From positions 794,453 through 858,452 of the forward strand of contig NMRA01000143.1 of the NCBI GenBank assembly GCA_002633005.1: 64,000 nt of DNA. The letters are read 5' to 3'. Under the pieces are notes generated by a model. It was given only the letters and a program-made list of their open reading frames with translations. It ran no database searches and was not told the DNA's origin. A program made the translations under genes and the position numbers. Origin of the DNA: Phoronis australis. Taxonomy: Eukaryota; Animalia; Phoronida. Positions 27,358 to 39,692 of this stretch are shown here, piece after piece. How positions within the stretch are numbered: position 1 is the first letter of the stretch; every line of letters begins with the position of its first letter.

Positions 27358-29050
27358 GACATCCATCCCGAACATGCGTTTTTGGTCAGACAACGCCACG
27401 CTGTACTAAAAGTCGGATGCAAGTTAATCAAGATATGTATTTTTCGTGACCACAGCACTCTACATGTATACGGAGCGGTGTTATCGATCTTTTACTCAAC
27501 GTCATCCCACACGTAAAATCTCACGACTTTACAACCGACAAAAAGCGATTAGCTGAATTTCTGCATCAAGAGAAACTAGACGTCTTTGATTTTGACCTTA
27601 ATTCTAATAGTCTGCAACCAAGCTGTGTACCTTCAGCAGCCTCACGATCTATGACGTCATCACCATTTTCCCTCCATCATTGGCATGTTCATAGTTTTAG
27701 CTTCTGCGTTGGAACTACTTATTGCGAACGTAATAATCACTTACGATAAATAATGCTGAAGCACAAATTAAAAAAAAGTGTTTTGTGTTCACACTATAAA
27801 ATAGGGGATAAACCTTTAAATGAAGTTGGAGTTGGATATCTATGACTGGAATATAGCAGGTGGAGCTAACTAAAACCACTTGGTTTAGTCATACTAAACG
27901 GGTGATCATTGAGCGCGTCTTGAGAACATGTCTGCAGCCTGTAATCACAGAGATCGAGACCAACATACACTAGTCGTACGATTATTAGATTATGTGCCGA
28001 GGTAAATTATCATTTGTAGTTGAAATGGAAGTTACTGATTGTAAAATTGTATTGTATGTTTGACACTGGAAATTTGTTTGGGGTATTTAAGGATTTTTAT
28101 TTTACAACTCTAGGTGAAAACCTTTCACACGAAATAACGTAGTGGTTGGTGATATATAATTGTTATGAAAGTCGCATAACATGATGGTTGGTGACATACA
28201 GTTGTCATGTAAGTCACGTTCATTAATACTGATGGTCCGGCATATTTTAGATACATGTACTGTACGATATTTCCAGCCTGTTGATACTGTGCTGAGTTAC
28301 TTTGAGATATCGAAAATGGTCTGTTGTCCCATACCATTGCTAAACACACACGAGCGATTGTTTTGTGGACCTATATGCATAGTGAGATGATTAAAACGGC
28401 TGTAGAACCAATCCGTAAATTTCTTCTTACCTTACAGTTCGGATCTGGGCTTTCCATTCACTCGGCAAAGAACTGTTAAGAAGTAAAATTACATGTATGA
28501 CTTGTATAAAAGTTCGTCTTCATCCACTTTTACGCGTCTCGAGCAAGTGTTGTTTTCTTCGATATTTTCTGAGCGTAACACTTCGTAGGCGTTGACATAT
28601 GTTAATTAGTAGTGCCTTGGGTCTGTCGCCTTTAGAGAACCCCATGCATGTATATCCGTTGGGTTCTGCTACGATGCACTTTACCACCAACCTCTGTGCA
28701 ATTTCACTGAACGCTCCAGTTTCACGAAACAAGGCATTCCATTGGTCAGGGGTTTAAGAGTGACTGCACAAGAAAGTCAGGCAAAATGGAAACATGGCGT
28801 ATGACAGAGTTTTTTGGCATGTCGCTAGTTTGGACGCCTATGTGCAATGATTCATAAGTGCAATGTTTTTAGTTTGAATAACTAGCAGTTCCTGTACTAT
28901 TTGCCTTCTTTGATTTTGGTGTTACATTTTTAGCCGTAACAACGCCAATTTTAGACAACAAAATACCAGTAGAAGAAAATTACTTAACGTTTTTAGCATG
29001 AATCTTTCTACCTTTCGTTAGTCAAAATACGCAAAAGCATTTCGTTGCAA

Positions 29051-29303
29051 CATACGCGCACCCAGCCTTCAATGTGGGGGGCTCGAATTTCTGTCGATGT
29101 GGACCTTTTGCTGAGAAAATATAGGCAGGGCCAAAAAAAAAACGGGATACCAGTTTCAAATCTGCAAACTGTGCGTCTGCGTCTTTTTAGTGGACTTTTG
29201 CCTCGTTTTCTCGGAGTTTTTGTTTCTCTGAGGCGGACCTTTTTGCCCACTTCGCCAAATTGGGCTCATTGAGCCCCCCCGAACCCCCCTGGGTGCGCAC
29301 ATG
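29051..29303 (-). mobile_element. hAT-like MITE with 5-bp TSD (TGCAA); same family as 51239-51447
   Basis: tgcaa|CATACGCGCACCCAG ... CTGGGTGCGCACATG|tgcaa. The interior is an inverted homologue of 51239-51380 (aaaaaggtccgcctca, gaaaacgag.caaaagtccactaaaaag). Confidence 0.75.
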
Positions 29304-30540
29304 TGCAAGTCCCCAATTTCAAACAGGAAACTCCTTTCTTCACGCATCTAATGGTAGGAACCGTTAGTTGTACTACATGGCCATACACTTGTTTAAACAG
29401 TTTTCTGTTATTTTTACTGATGAATTTCTTGAATTGAACCTTGTTTTCCGAAACATAACAACACATATATACATGTCTCCAAATACACACAGTTTCGGCG
29501 TTGCATGGTCAAGAAATCCGATGAATATTTATTTGAATTTTATCACATTATTTTTGGTAATGTTACATCAGATGGTCAAATCTTTGCAGCTTTGGTGTGG
29601 TTCCGCCCACTTTTTCAGATTTTCTAATTAAAATCCTTAAATCACTGTTTTCACCAACTCTCGCTTTTCAAAGCCAGCGCGTCAAGGAATACATCACCGG
29701 TAACGTACATGTATATGAAACAATGACAGATCAATAGTTCATGCACTGTGTTGTATTCGATGTGTTTTTGATTTTATCGAATAATTTTTTTAGAAGACGA
29801 CTATGCTTAAGCCTTAGCCACTGTCACTGTACATGTACATACAACGTTATTGAATTACAGAGCAGGCGTAGCTGAGTGATTCACGACCACGGGAGCAGAT
29901 CCCCATCTTTTCAGAACGTATGCTGTCATTAACTATACGCAGTTGAACGCAATACAAGCTCCTGTACCGCGCATGTTTTAATAGGCGGCAGATATAACAT
30001 ATTGTAAAACACTGCCAGGCATTGCCACTGCATTCTGCATTGGCGTAGTTAGGGTTATCGAAATAGAATGAGTAGTCATAAAAGCAGTATATGTAGAATG
30101 ACTGACATCATCAATTTATGCGGTGACAATCAGCAGTACCCTGACTCTCGCAGGACGAGGTGAAGTCCACTACTTCTACTAACCCGTTGTTGTAGTCAAC
30201 AATATGAAACCTCATCCTTGTGAGAGCAGGCATATGTACATGTATTAAAGATGACCCAGTTCGCTGTGAGCTTCTTTGCAAAATTCGCGCTTTCCCAATA
30301 ACTTCCGCAAAAATCTCTGTGAGCTGTGGCCTTTTTTAAACTACAAGCCTCTGCAGTATTGGGAAACCTTCGGTAGTCCTGTTGCAACAAATGGAGCATT
30401 TTATATAATTCCGACAAAAAAGTAAACTATTTTTGCGAGTAATTTGTTTGGAAACGCACCCTTCCATAATGAGTCTGACAATGCCAGAGTCACTTGTCAG
30501 TGTGACACAATCTATATATGTGACACTAGTATACGAAACT

Positions 30541-30725
30541 TTCTCTCGCTTTACCTCTCCCTCCATCCGTCTCATTCTCTCTCCCCTTCCCTCCACGTTC
30601 CTCCTCTTCCCCCTCTCCTTCTCCCTGCTACTCCCCTCTATCTCTATCTTCCCCCTCCCCTACCTCACCTTCTCCATCCCTCCATCTCCGCCTCCCTCCT
30701 TCTCTACCTTACCTCCGTCCCTCAC
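30541..30725. repeat. CT-rich polypyrimidine low-complexity tract
   Basis: About 185 bp, almost entirely C and T. Confidence 0.9.
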
Positions 30726-33700
30726 ACTACTAGGTCTTTACTAGTCGACTATTAACATTTTTTATTTGACACGATCATATGATATCAAGTGTTTCAGTTT
30801 ACAACGATCGTCTCCTAACTTCGTGAGAAATGCCTCTCAACAAATCCTCCCAGGGCCTTTCTAAAACGTCAATTGCAACTACTGAGGTCGAAAGTGTCTT
30901 TTATGCAGTGCAGCTCGCTCGAGGCGTGACTGTATAATGGGACATCGAAAGCGCGTGACTGTAAAAACTTAGTTTTTAAATTAATGCAGTTACAAAAACA
31001 TAACAAAATTTCAAAATTCTGGGCCCAGCGTGCCACAAATATTTCAAGTTAGGCCACTTTACCTAAACAGATGTCGTCTTCTGCCAGAGAATGTTTGCGA
31101 AGTTATATCGGCAATATCCTTTTACAAATGTCCCGATTTTTGAGAACCAGTATGATGCCTGTTATACAGTGACGACAACTGCATCTCAAAACATGGGATC
31201 CAACGTTGAGACAGATCGCAATTGGGAAGAAAATTTTAAGACGAGGAAGTATAGCAAGACAGGTAACCCGTTGTGATTTCCTAGGGAGTGGACATTGCGC
31301 CGACTGGCAGAGAGGCGGATAACGAGGGATAGCTAAAATTAGACTTCTGATAGCTTACTGCACTGGAAAAATCTAAATCCAATTGCCTGTCTTCATCAAG
31401 TCGACTTGTGTCACTACGTGAAGATCACAACAGGGTGGGCTACATTCAATTATTGATTAATTTTATGTTTTGCAAGTAACAAGGCATTGCCGTCCATCAT
31501 TACCGAAATGAAAAAGTACAAGTTTTGGTGTAGTAAACCAGTAATAAAGCAGTGTGAGTGTGTGACTGTCCACCTGCATCCATCATTCATGGAAAAGACT
31601 AAAAAAATATCACATGAGCAAGATCAGAGTTTGAGTTTTTCACAGTATTCAATGTTGCTGATTCATATTTTTGCGAGTACCTGCCGTACCAGACTGTTGT
31701 ATGTTAGATTCTCTGTTGCAGATTTCGTTGTCAAAGACCTGAAACTGCTAAAGACCGATTCTGTTCTGCTGCACGAGACGTTTTTCAATTCATAAAAATG
31801 CAATAAAAAATAGCAGGCAAGCAGAGGACTGCCAAGTGAAAAGTGTCCATTGTTAACTTACGTTTGTTTTTATAACAAGGGATCAAGAATTACATTCCTT
31901 GCAGCTCAATTTTGATGTAGTGGCAATTACATGTAAAATAACAAATAGAAGCTCTCGCCACACGGTTTACTGGATGTCTTTACAAAGCAAACATATGTAC
32001 GTCAATTCTCGTTAAAAATTACCAGCTGAAGGCCATTGCAAACCGTTGTTAGAGTGCGCGGTGCCAAGGGTCCAACACGGTACCAGTGACGTCAGAGTGT
32101 AACCCTTGGGAACCAAATTATGCCAGCGGGAAGCCGTTTGTGAGTGAGATGCATTACTAGTAGGGACTGGTGATAAGAACTTACCATTGTGTTTACTTGC
32201 AGTATACATATTAACATCCCATTGCATAGAACACCAACAGTGCCTTCCCTTGAATCTCACAGCTGTCGGCCTCACCATGTCCAACCTGATTAGCGATATT
32301 GCTAATGGGAACGGTTAGGATATTAACCAGACTGGAAATTGTATTGGCTGTTATGGCATTTATGTTGAAGTTTAAGAAGACTGGGCCATGGCAAGGTTGT
32401 TGCGACTAAGAGAGAAAACTGGGAAAATAAACAGCGCAAGTCTCAGAATCAATTTGATATCCACTTGGCTACAGACCAATCGCATTTTTACGCGCATGCG
32501 AATGTCTCATAAACTGTTTCAACAAATCACGAGTAAAACCCATGACTAAGAACGCACCTGTTAAAACATGCAGATGAGACCGTCTAATGCCGTTTACGTA
32601 TTGATTCGGCGAAAGGCAGGTAGGACAAGTACTAACAAGGCAAGTAGGCCGGTGTGAGCACTATATATGTTTGTGGAAAAAACGTGCTGCTATTTTTATT
32701 GCATTCACTGCAGAGTTCCCGCGAGTATTTCTACGCGCCGTTCTCCATATCGATTCACCAGTTAAATCACGACAAGAAGAATGTTGTTAAAATCTCGAGC
32801 CCGTCTGTTGTAAATATTAGGTTTCTTTCCGCACTGGGATAAATGCCAATCACTATTTTTAGTGCATATTTGTTCCATGGGGTTTCTAGGCGTTGTGGAC
32901 TGATTGTCCAGAAAGCTACCCCCTTTCCACTGCAAAGTTCCCATAAACATTTTGATATATTCGGATACAATTATATTCGAATGGATTCATGCAGGTAACA
33001 GATAGTCTGCGCACAGTTTATTTGTATCTCTCGTAAATATTACAGCTTTGCGTTTTTCCTTGTGTGGTTGAGGTTCAGCGCTTTTTTAACGAATCCACTA
33101 ATGCGATTAGTTCAAAACAGCTTCGGATGTGATGATGTAAATTAACATGCTGGAAATCGATAGACTTTTCATAGGAGCTCCATACGGAAAGGCTCCTCTC
33201 ATATACAATGTATGCCTACTGCATTCTCAAGAGTATCGCGACACTCTCCAGATTTGGTTGTTGGGCAAAACTTAATGCAAATGAAAAGGAGGAAACGTTT
33301 TGCGATTCAACAGTAGCGCAAGATTTTATTATCGCATACGTCCATTCTAATAGAAAATTACGGAGACGATTTGCCACATGATCCATTACAGATGAACTAA
33401 TATTATAGCAGCATATCAATGAAATGCACTAATATCATAACAATAGGTCAACGACACGAATACTCCGTGACGTAGAGTAAGACTTCACGTAACTTAACAC
33501 CTGTAGTGGAAGAATTGATTATGCAATGGCTGCATGTACTCCTATTTCCCTTCATAAAACGGCCAAGTAAAGGTTTTGAGGTGGAAGAAAGTCCAAAGAA
33601 AAAAATGACAGGAACTACCATAGGCATACATGTATTTATAGATACATGTAGGAGTACATTTAGTGGCTTTTTTGCGACTGGGAAATGCACGGTACGGACG

Positions 33701-34708
33701 ACACCAATCCGAAAAACACAAACACAGTTGACGTTCGTGTATAAATAAATCAGTTGGTGGTTTTTAAAGAAAGGACCTTAGGACTCTGTCGTAAAACAAC
33801 ATTATTTTCGACATTTCCCGCCCAACTTTCATGCAAACCCATGGTCAATGTGTACAATTCTATACTTGAGTACATTATGTTTTACGCAGGTGAGTTTCTT
33901 GTCCAAGTTCGCACTTCATGGCGCATAGATTTGAAATACGCGTTCAAAATCGAGTAAAACTTTAGAACTGGGGTAACACCCAGGTATAGGTGAGTGAGTT
34001 TACATGTACGTGTCACCCCACATTTCAAGTTGACGACAATTATATATAGATGACTCAGAGAACAACTACGCAATGGAAAGCCATTAACACCACATTATTT
34101 AAGACCTAACCCAATAATGTTAATGTTATCATTTGTACTGATTAGATTACTCATAAAATTCTAACGCTGCTAAACTCTCGAACAGGACCAATGTAATACC
34201 TGTAGATGTACATGTATTCCATTATTAGAGCTCGCGACCCCATGACAACTCGCGAGAGTTTTTACTGTGCATTTCCGGCTGTCTGCTCGACTGCAGCTTT
34301 AATCGACTGTATTATTACTTCATTTTGTCATTGTTGTTCAGCGAGTGAAATTGTTGAGGCACGGAACTAGACAGCAAGCGATTTCTCACCAAAATTAGTC
34401 AACAAACCCGTCAATTGCATTGTTTTTTATACGCACCAACCTTCGGCCCATGCTGGAGGCCGGGAATAGTTTGGCCTTTGAGCTCCGATCTTAGAACCAC
34501 TTTCGACACTCCATGAAAGTACAATGTTAGGAGTTTTTGTAAAAGATATGCTTGGCTGTTATAATCGTGTTACTATATTTTATTCAAAGAAGTGATATTT
34601 GGTTTCGAAGTGTTTTGCAGTTACAGATGAAAAGCTTATGTTTTATAAACGACAAACAGGTATATTTACGTAACTTTCGAAAAGGTACTCAAATTGGCGC
34701 ATCTAAGT

Positions 34709-34782
34709 ATGTGTGTGCGTGGGTGTGTGCACGTGCGTGCGTGTGTGTACGCGCGCGCGCGTTTGTGTGTGTGTGTGTGTGC
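34709..34782. repeat. (GT)n/(GC)n microsatellite
   Basis: Alternating purine-pyrimidine tract read directly. Confidence 0.9.
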
Positions 34783-37083
34783 ATAATATATTATATTTTT
34801 ACTGTTTTCAATTGTTTCTACACTAATTCATCCATCCGATATTTTCCTCATTTTCATAGATACGTTTTTCTTTATTTGATTTCTGAGTAACAATGTTACC
34901 AATACCCCTAAAATAAAATTAAAAAAAAGAAAAGTTTACCTTGTAAAAGAATGAAATACAGTATTTGGTGTTGGTGACAGGGTATATATGTACATGTATT
35001 CTCGAATTTTGACAACTATGCAACATGTGTTCAAAGTAACCGTGATTGCTTCTTTGTCAGGAATATTGTTATTTTTCAGAGTTCACTTTCCCTAATAACA
35101 TAACAATCGTGAAACTGTATTCCGATGTCTCTTTTTACGGGTAGGCAACTGCATGTATCGGGAGCATTAATTTTTACTTTGTGATGAGTTTACCGTGGAG
35201 AGTCCTACATTGCAAGCCATATAATAATTTATCCACAGCACATTTAAAAGGTGAACAATACATGTAGATGTTTGCTCATTTCTTTCTATCTGCAAATTTT
35301 GAATAGATAGTTGGAGGAATTCGTTTATTACGTTTTTTGTAAATGTCAAAGCATCTTGAGTTCTTGCTGAAGAAGTTATCAAGCGACATCAAAGGTCCAA
35401 CAAATATGTAAAGATTTATAGTTTTGGATGAACGAGATTAAATTCTTCAAAGCAACTGTGAGGGATCCATAGTCTAAAATCTTTTGAATCGTTGAAATCA
35501 TTTCTCTGTTGGTTTTATGGCCATTTTTATAAACATCCCCGGTTCATTTCGTTTTTATGTTACTATTACACCGTGTTATTTTTCGCATTTTGGTAACACG
35601 TATGTTTTTTGAGAAAAATGACCCTTAAACCTGTTAGGAATAAGAAATCATAATTATTTATGATTTAAACTATTAATATTTTGCCTCTGGTATAGTCATA
35701 CTCCATCAAAACTAATAAAGGGCTTTCTAACGATGTGATTCTTATGGAATTCGGCAAAAAGACGACCGAGTTGCGAAATATTGTGGTGACAATAAATTCC
35801 ATATCACAAACCAGCACCAGGACAAACGCCTTCAAACAAATGCCACGCATGCGTGACGCAACTTCACCAGCTGTAGATCGAAGTTGGCATTCCTGTGCTA
35901 GAGTGGTATTACTTTGGCAACAGTTGCTCTTTCAAACACGTGGTGTTGAAAATCAGACAAATCGCGTACAAGCGTGAACTTAATGTGCAAGTAGACAAAA
36001 TAAAACACTGTGATCTCGGATGATATCCATTGAACAAGGCTTGACTCCTTGCACGCAAAGAACCAAGACTGTACGCAGTTCATCTCGTCAGATTTTCTTC
36101 AGTTCATGTTTACTGATTAGGGAATAGAGGATTTTTCTCAGCCGATCCGTCAAGTACGATAGCAGTAAAAGGTCGGTGTTAAGTGTACAAATTGCTCATT
36201 TGATCCAACCTTAAAAATGTGATCAACAACTGGTAGTGGATTTATCATAATAAATGAAATTCACAACATTCCGTGAAATAAAAGATGGCGCTAAAATAGT
36301 ACAAATCGTACATGTAGCATTACGCTGCATCTGCTCTTACTGTATCTAGTCAACCTTTGGCTGCACACATCGATAAAACTGAAACGTAAAAATTTCACCT
36401 TTGATTAATACGGTCAAGGCTATTTCAATTATTTCCAGTTTAACACGAAATGAAAACGTATATGTCATGTTACAGAGTTTGCAAAAGCTACACCTGCATG
36501 TACGTTTTACTCAGCAGATCAATTCCCAAACGAAACACGTCCCCTTTTGTAAGTGTATTGACGCAGTCATGACAAGACCGCCATAGATGTATTAATTCAC
36601 TGAGTTTTGCTAGCCGTCTCGTGCACGTGAAGCAACGTTTCAAGGCCAACATTGGGAACGCAAAACAAATCACTTAACGATGCAAATTGATCAAACACGT
36701 AATCCCATTCACTCACAGGAAGGTCGTCCTGGAATCGACATCTGACTGGAATATCGAAAATGTCAAACATTTTTAGTCTCACCATATCTCACGAAGCCAT
36801 TTATTAGCTAATTTCGTACATATATCACGGTAACTTGAAGATAGACAGTGCAATTCGAATTATTGACACCCGTCTTAATTTTTGATAGAATATGCAAATT
36901 TTGACGCATAAATCACACTTTGAACAGGTGAGATGTAATGTCTTTTAAATGCTTTCACGTTCCTGAGAGGTTTCATTTTACTTCCAATACGCCCATCATT
37001 GTTTGAATAAACTTGCTGATGAGTAACTGATTAAACGTAAAAAGCTCTCGTCAATCAAATTTATTGCTGACCACCTATCATAT

Positions 37084-37270
37084 GAGGAGACAGTGTGTCC
37101 GAGTGGGACAAGTGTGCTTCTCTTACTCAAGGTCATGGGTTCGAGTCCCACTCGGGCACTCTGCTATTGTGTACGTGTAGTAAATAAGGTTTCTAGCTCT
37201 TCCGCTCCGTTTTAATAAAGCATAAACACAGCTCCAGGCAAATAGTGCAGTGGGGCTACCTGAGCGGCCT
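37084..37270 (+). mobile_element. tRNA-derived SINE, copy 2
   Basis: A-box-like tgtccgagtgg and B box ggttcgagtcc, followed by the family body (ggtttctagctc, aataaagcataaa, ccagg, ctgagcggc). Confidence 0.7.
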
Positions 37271-38993
37271 TCTCATGATTGACATAACGTGTACCCGAGC
37301 ACTTGAAATTATTGTTTTCTATTGTAACATCCACGACTTTCAAGTCAAAAACTCGAAATGGTTGAATGGTTTCAATGTACCGAGGCGTGCTCCTCAGATA
37401 GACTACCGTAACATGTCTGTTGGGTATACTAAAACTGCACAGTCAGTTCTTCTAACGTCACCTTCGCTCGTTGGCAAAGAGAGATCATAGGCAAATAAAA
37501 TACTCTCTCAAAACGTCTAAATAAGCAAAACGCGACAAGGACGAAAATAGGAAATGTAGAAACTGCATTTTTCAATTTGACAGTACGACAACGCATTGGC
37601 TCACAATCGAGAAATAGGGAAGACGAATATAAACTAAATATCGTTAATCCACACATCTAATACAAATCTAGCTGTATCGTTGCAATCTAGACTAGCACTC
37701 GTTTTCCTGTGGCTGCATTTCTCTTAGCGACTCCGGTTTCCCGACCAAACCGCGTGCTTCTCCAAAGAAAATTCGGTCAGACTTTTCGGCGAATGACGAG
37801 TAAAACCGTGAATCGCTATTTGGCACTATTTTGAAACGCAGCTTAGTCGGAGTGTTTCTCCTGAAAATATTTATACAGATTGCCTATTATAAGAATTAAC
37901 ATGTTTTTTTTTTGTACTTTCTAAGCTACGTACTATGCATACATGTAGATACAAAGCTGTTAAGTCTTACCTGTCCTGCAATTCCTTACATCGAAGAAAT
38001 TCGTGTTGCATGATTTTGTTCTCGTTGAGGACGACACTAAAAGTCGATCGATCAGGTGATGGCGAAAAAGCCGAATGCAAAATTATCTTGCACACGTTTC
38101 AAATTAACGTATTCGAAGACTTGGCTACAAGGCTTGCAAATTGGCACTTGTGCTACACCGTGTTCTTAATTCCACGGACCTTTAATTCAATATACATATA
38201 CATCTATCTATCCATTGACCGTATACTTGTATGTATTCATCAGAAGTTCAGGCGAAAGCGACGTCTGGGTTGGAAAATTGCTACAGTTCGCTAGTTGATT
38301 TCTTCAGTCAGCCTTAAGTCTATGTATTCGCCAGCGTTTTTATCTGGTTTCAGTTCGCCTCAAAAGTTCAGCGTCTTAATGCTCGGCCGTGTGTGACTAC
38401 TTAATGACGAGAACATGTGCAGATATGAGCACACTTTATGTCTCACAAATTGTCTCTTCAAACTGTCACGCTTTTATAAATTGCGAGCTTTCCTCTGACA
38501 AGATAAACTTGAAAGCACAAATGGTCGCTAATCAATAATTTTTTACCGAACGGAAATGCTATGTGGCTAAATTTGGCATTTAAATCAACGGACACGTACT
38601 TGGATGAACAGTCAATCGGAGACGTACATGTCTAAGGACGGAGTTAACACAGGCTTGTTTAGGAGAAACTTATAAAGCATACAGCGTTAATGACCTACTA
38701 CAATTGAATCACTTCAAATTCATATTAATGTGCATGCTCAGAAGCACCGGAAGTCGGCGTGTGAGTGAGACACATAACATTAGCACAGCGAACTTAGCTT
38801 CTGTGTAGCCTACTCAGACGAGATCGTCAAGAATTATGTGGAAAACTCTCCGGACGAGTGGGAGGGTGGAAGTTAGGTTTTGGTGTGTGATTTGTTGCAT
38901 ATGTCAAGCTGAAAGTGTGTGTTGTACTCGATTTTGTGCCCGATTTTTGCTGAACAATTCCGATTTCCGTCTGTTAATTTGCGGTTGTAATGT

Positions 38994-39487
38994 CTCGCTG
39001 GTGTAGAGAACACGCAGGTATCATTCAATAGCAAGCACTTTATCACTGCCTGATGTAACCTCGGCTGTCATTGGATATCTTTACAACAAAGAAAGAAAAT
39101 GCCGCGGACTATGAACCATTTTTAGCCTTGTCATGCATGCAAGTGACGTGACAGCAGCTATTTCGTTTCTGCAGTAATGTTTAATTGCAGTGTGCTTGAA
39201 TCGCATACATGTACAATAAACACACATCTCGCCGTAGCCAAAACGAAAGTCAGCAAAAGTAGAAAAATGCACTCCAAAAAGGCGCAACCGCATGAATTAA
39301 GCACCGATTTGACCACAGACCACATTTACACTTCCTCCATCAGTCATGCCAGTTTGTTTGCACAAAGCGCTACCTGTTGAGAAATCGACCAGCCAATCAG
39401 AAACGCAGGTGTGAAGAAATTCCCGAGGAAAATTTAACGATACCTATGTGTTCTCTAGCACCTAGCGACACCCAGGGAACCAGCGAG
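38994..39487 (+). mobile_element. Non-autonomous TIR element, copy 2
   Basis: Outer inverted repeat ctcgctggt/accagcgag and inner inverted repeat tagagaacacgcaggtatc/gatacctatgtgttctcta. Homologous to 7646-8196. Confidence 0.7.
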
Positions 39488-39561
39488 TTGTAATGTTTGA
39501 TGCGTGTGTGACTGCTGAGCCTGGAAAATGCACCGACTTCGAGAAATAAATTGAACAATTG

Positions 39562-39692
39562 CGGTGACGGATTTAAGGGGCGGGGGGGAGTCAAGGGGTC
39601 CATGGCCTTCCCTAAACTTCTCCCAGATTCCATTTGGCAGTGCGAATGTTTGACGGGCAAAATCCTGGCTCAAAATCCTAGAGCCGCCCCTG
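39562..39692. mobile_element. hAT-like MITE with 5-bp TSD (AATTG)
   Basis: aattg|CGGTGACGGATTTA ... TAGAGCCGCCCCTG|aattg. The ends resemble the common CAG(G/T)GGCGGAT(C/T)TA hAT MITE terminus. Confidence 0.6.

Noticed and set aside
30433-30755. Pro/Ser/Leu-rich ORFs of about 100 aa
   Set aside because: By-product of the CT-rich tract.
32012-32284. Minus-strand exon of a WSC- or lectin-like protein (GRHCWC, gtaagt donor)
   Set aside because: Only one short motif, with no convincing acceptor or partner exons.
36597-36785. Acidic ORF as a Crypton-like or host protein N-terminus
   Set aside because: No recognisable catalytic or family motif, and an in-frame stop follows the nearest upstream ATG.
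37084-37165. Functional tRNA gene
   Set aside because: A and B boxes are present but there is no full cloverleaf, and the sequence continues into a body shared with three other SINE copies.
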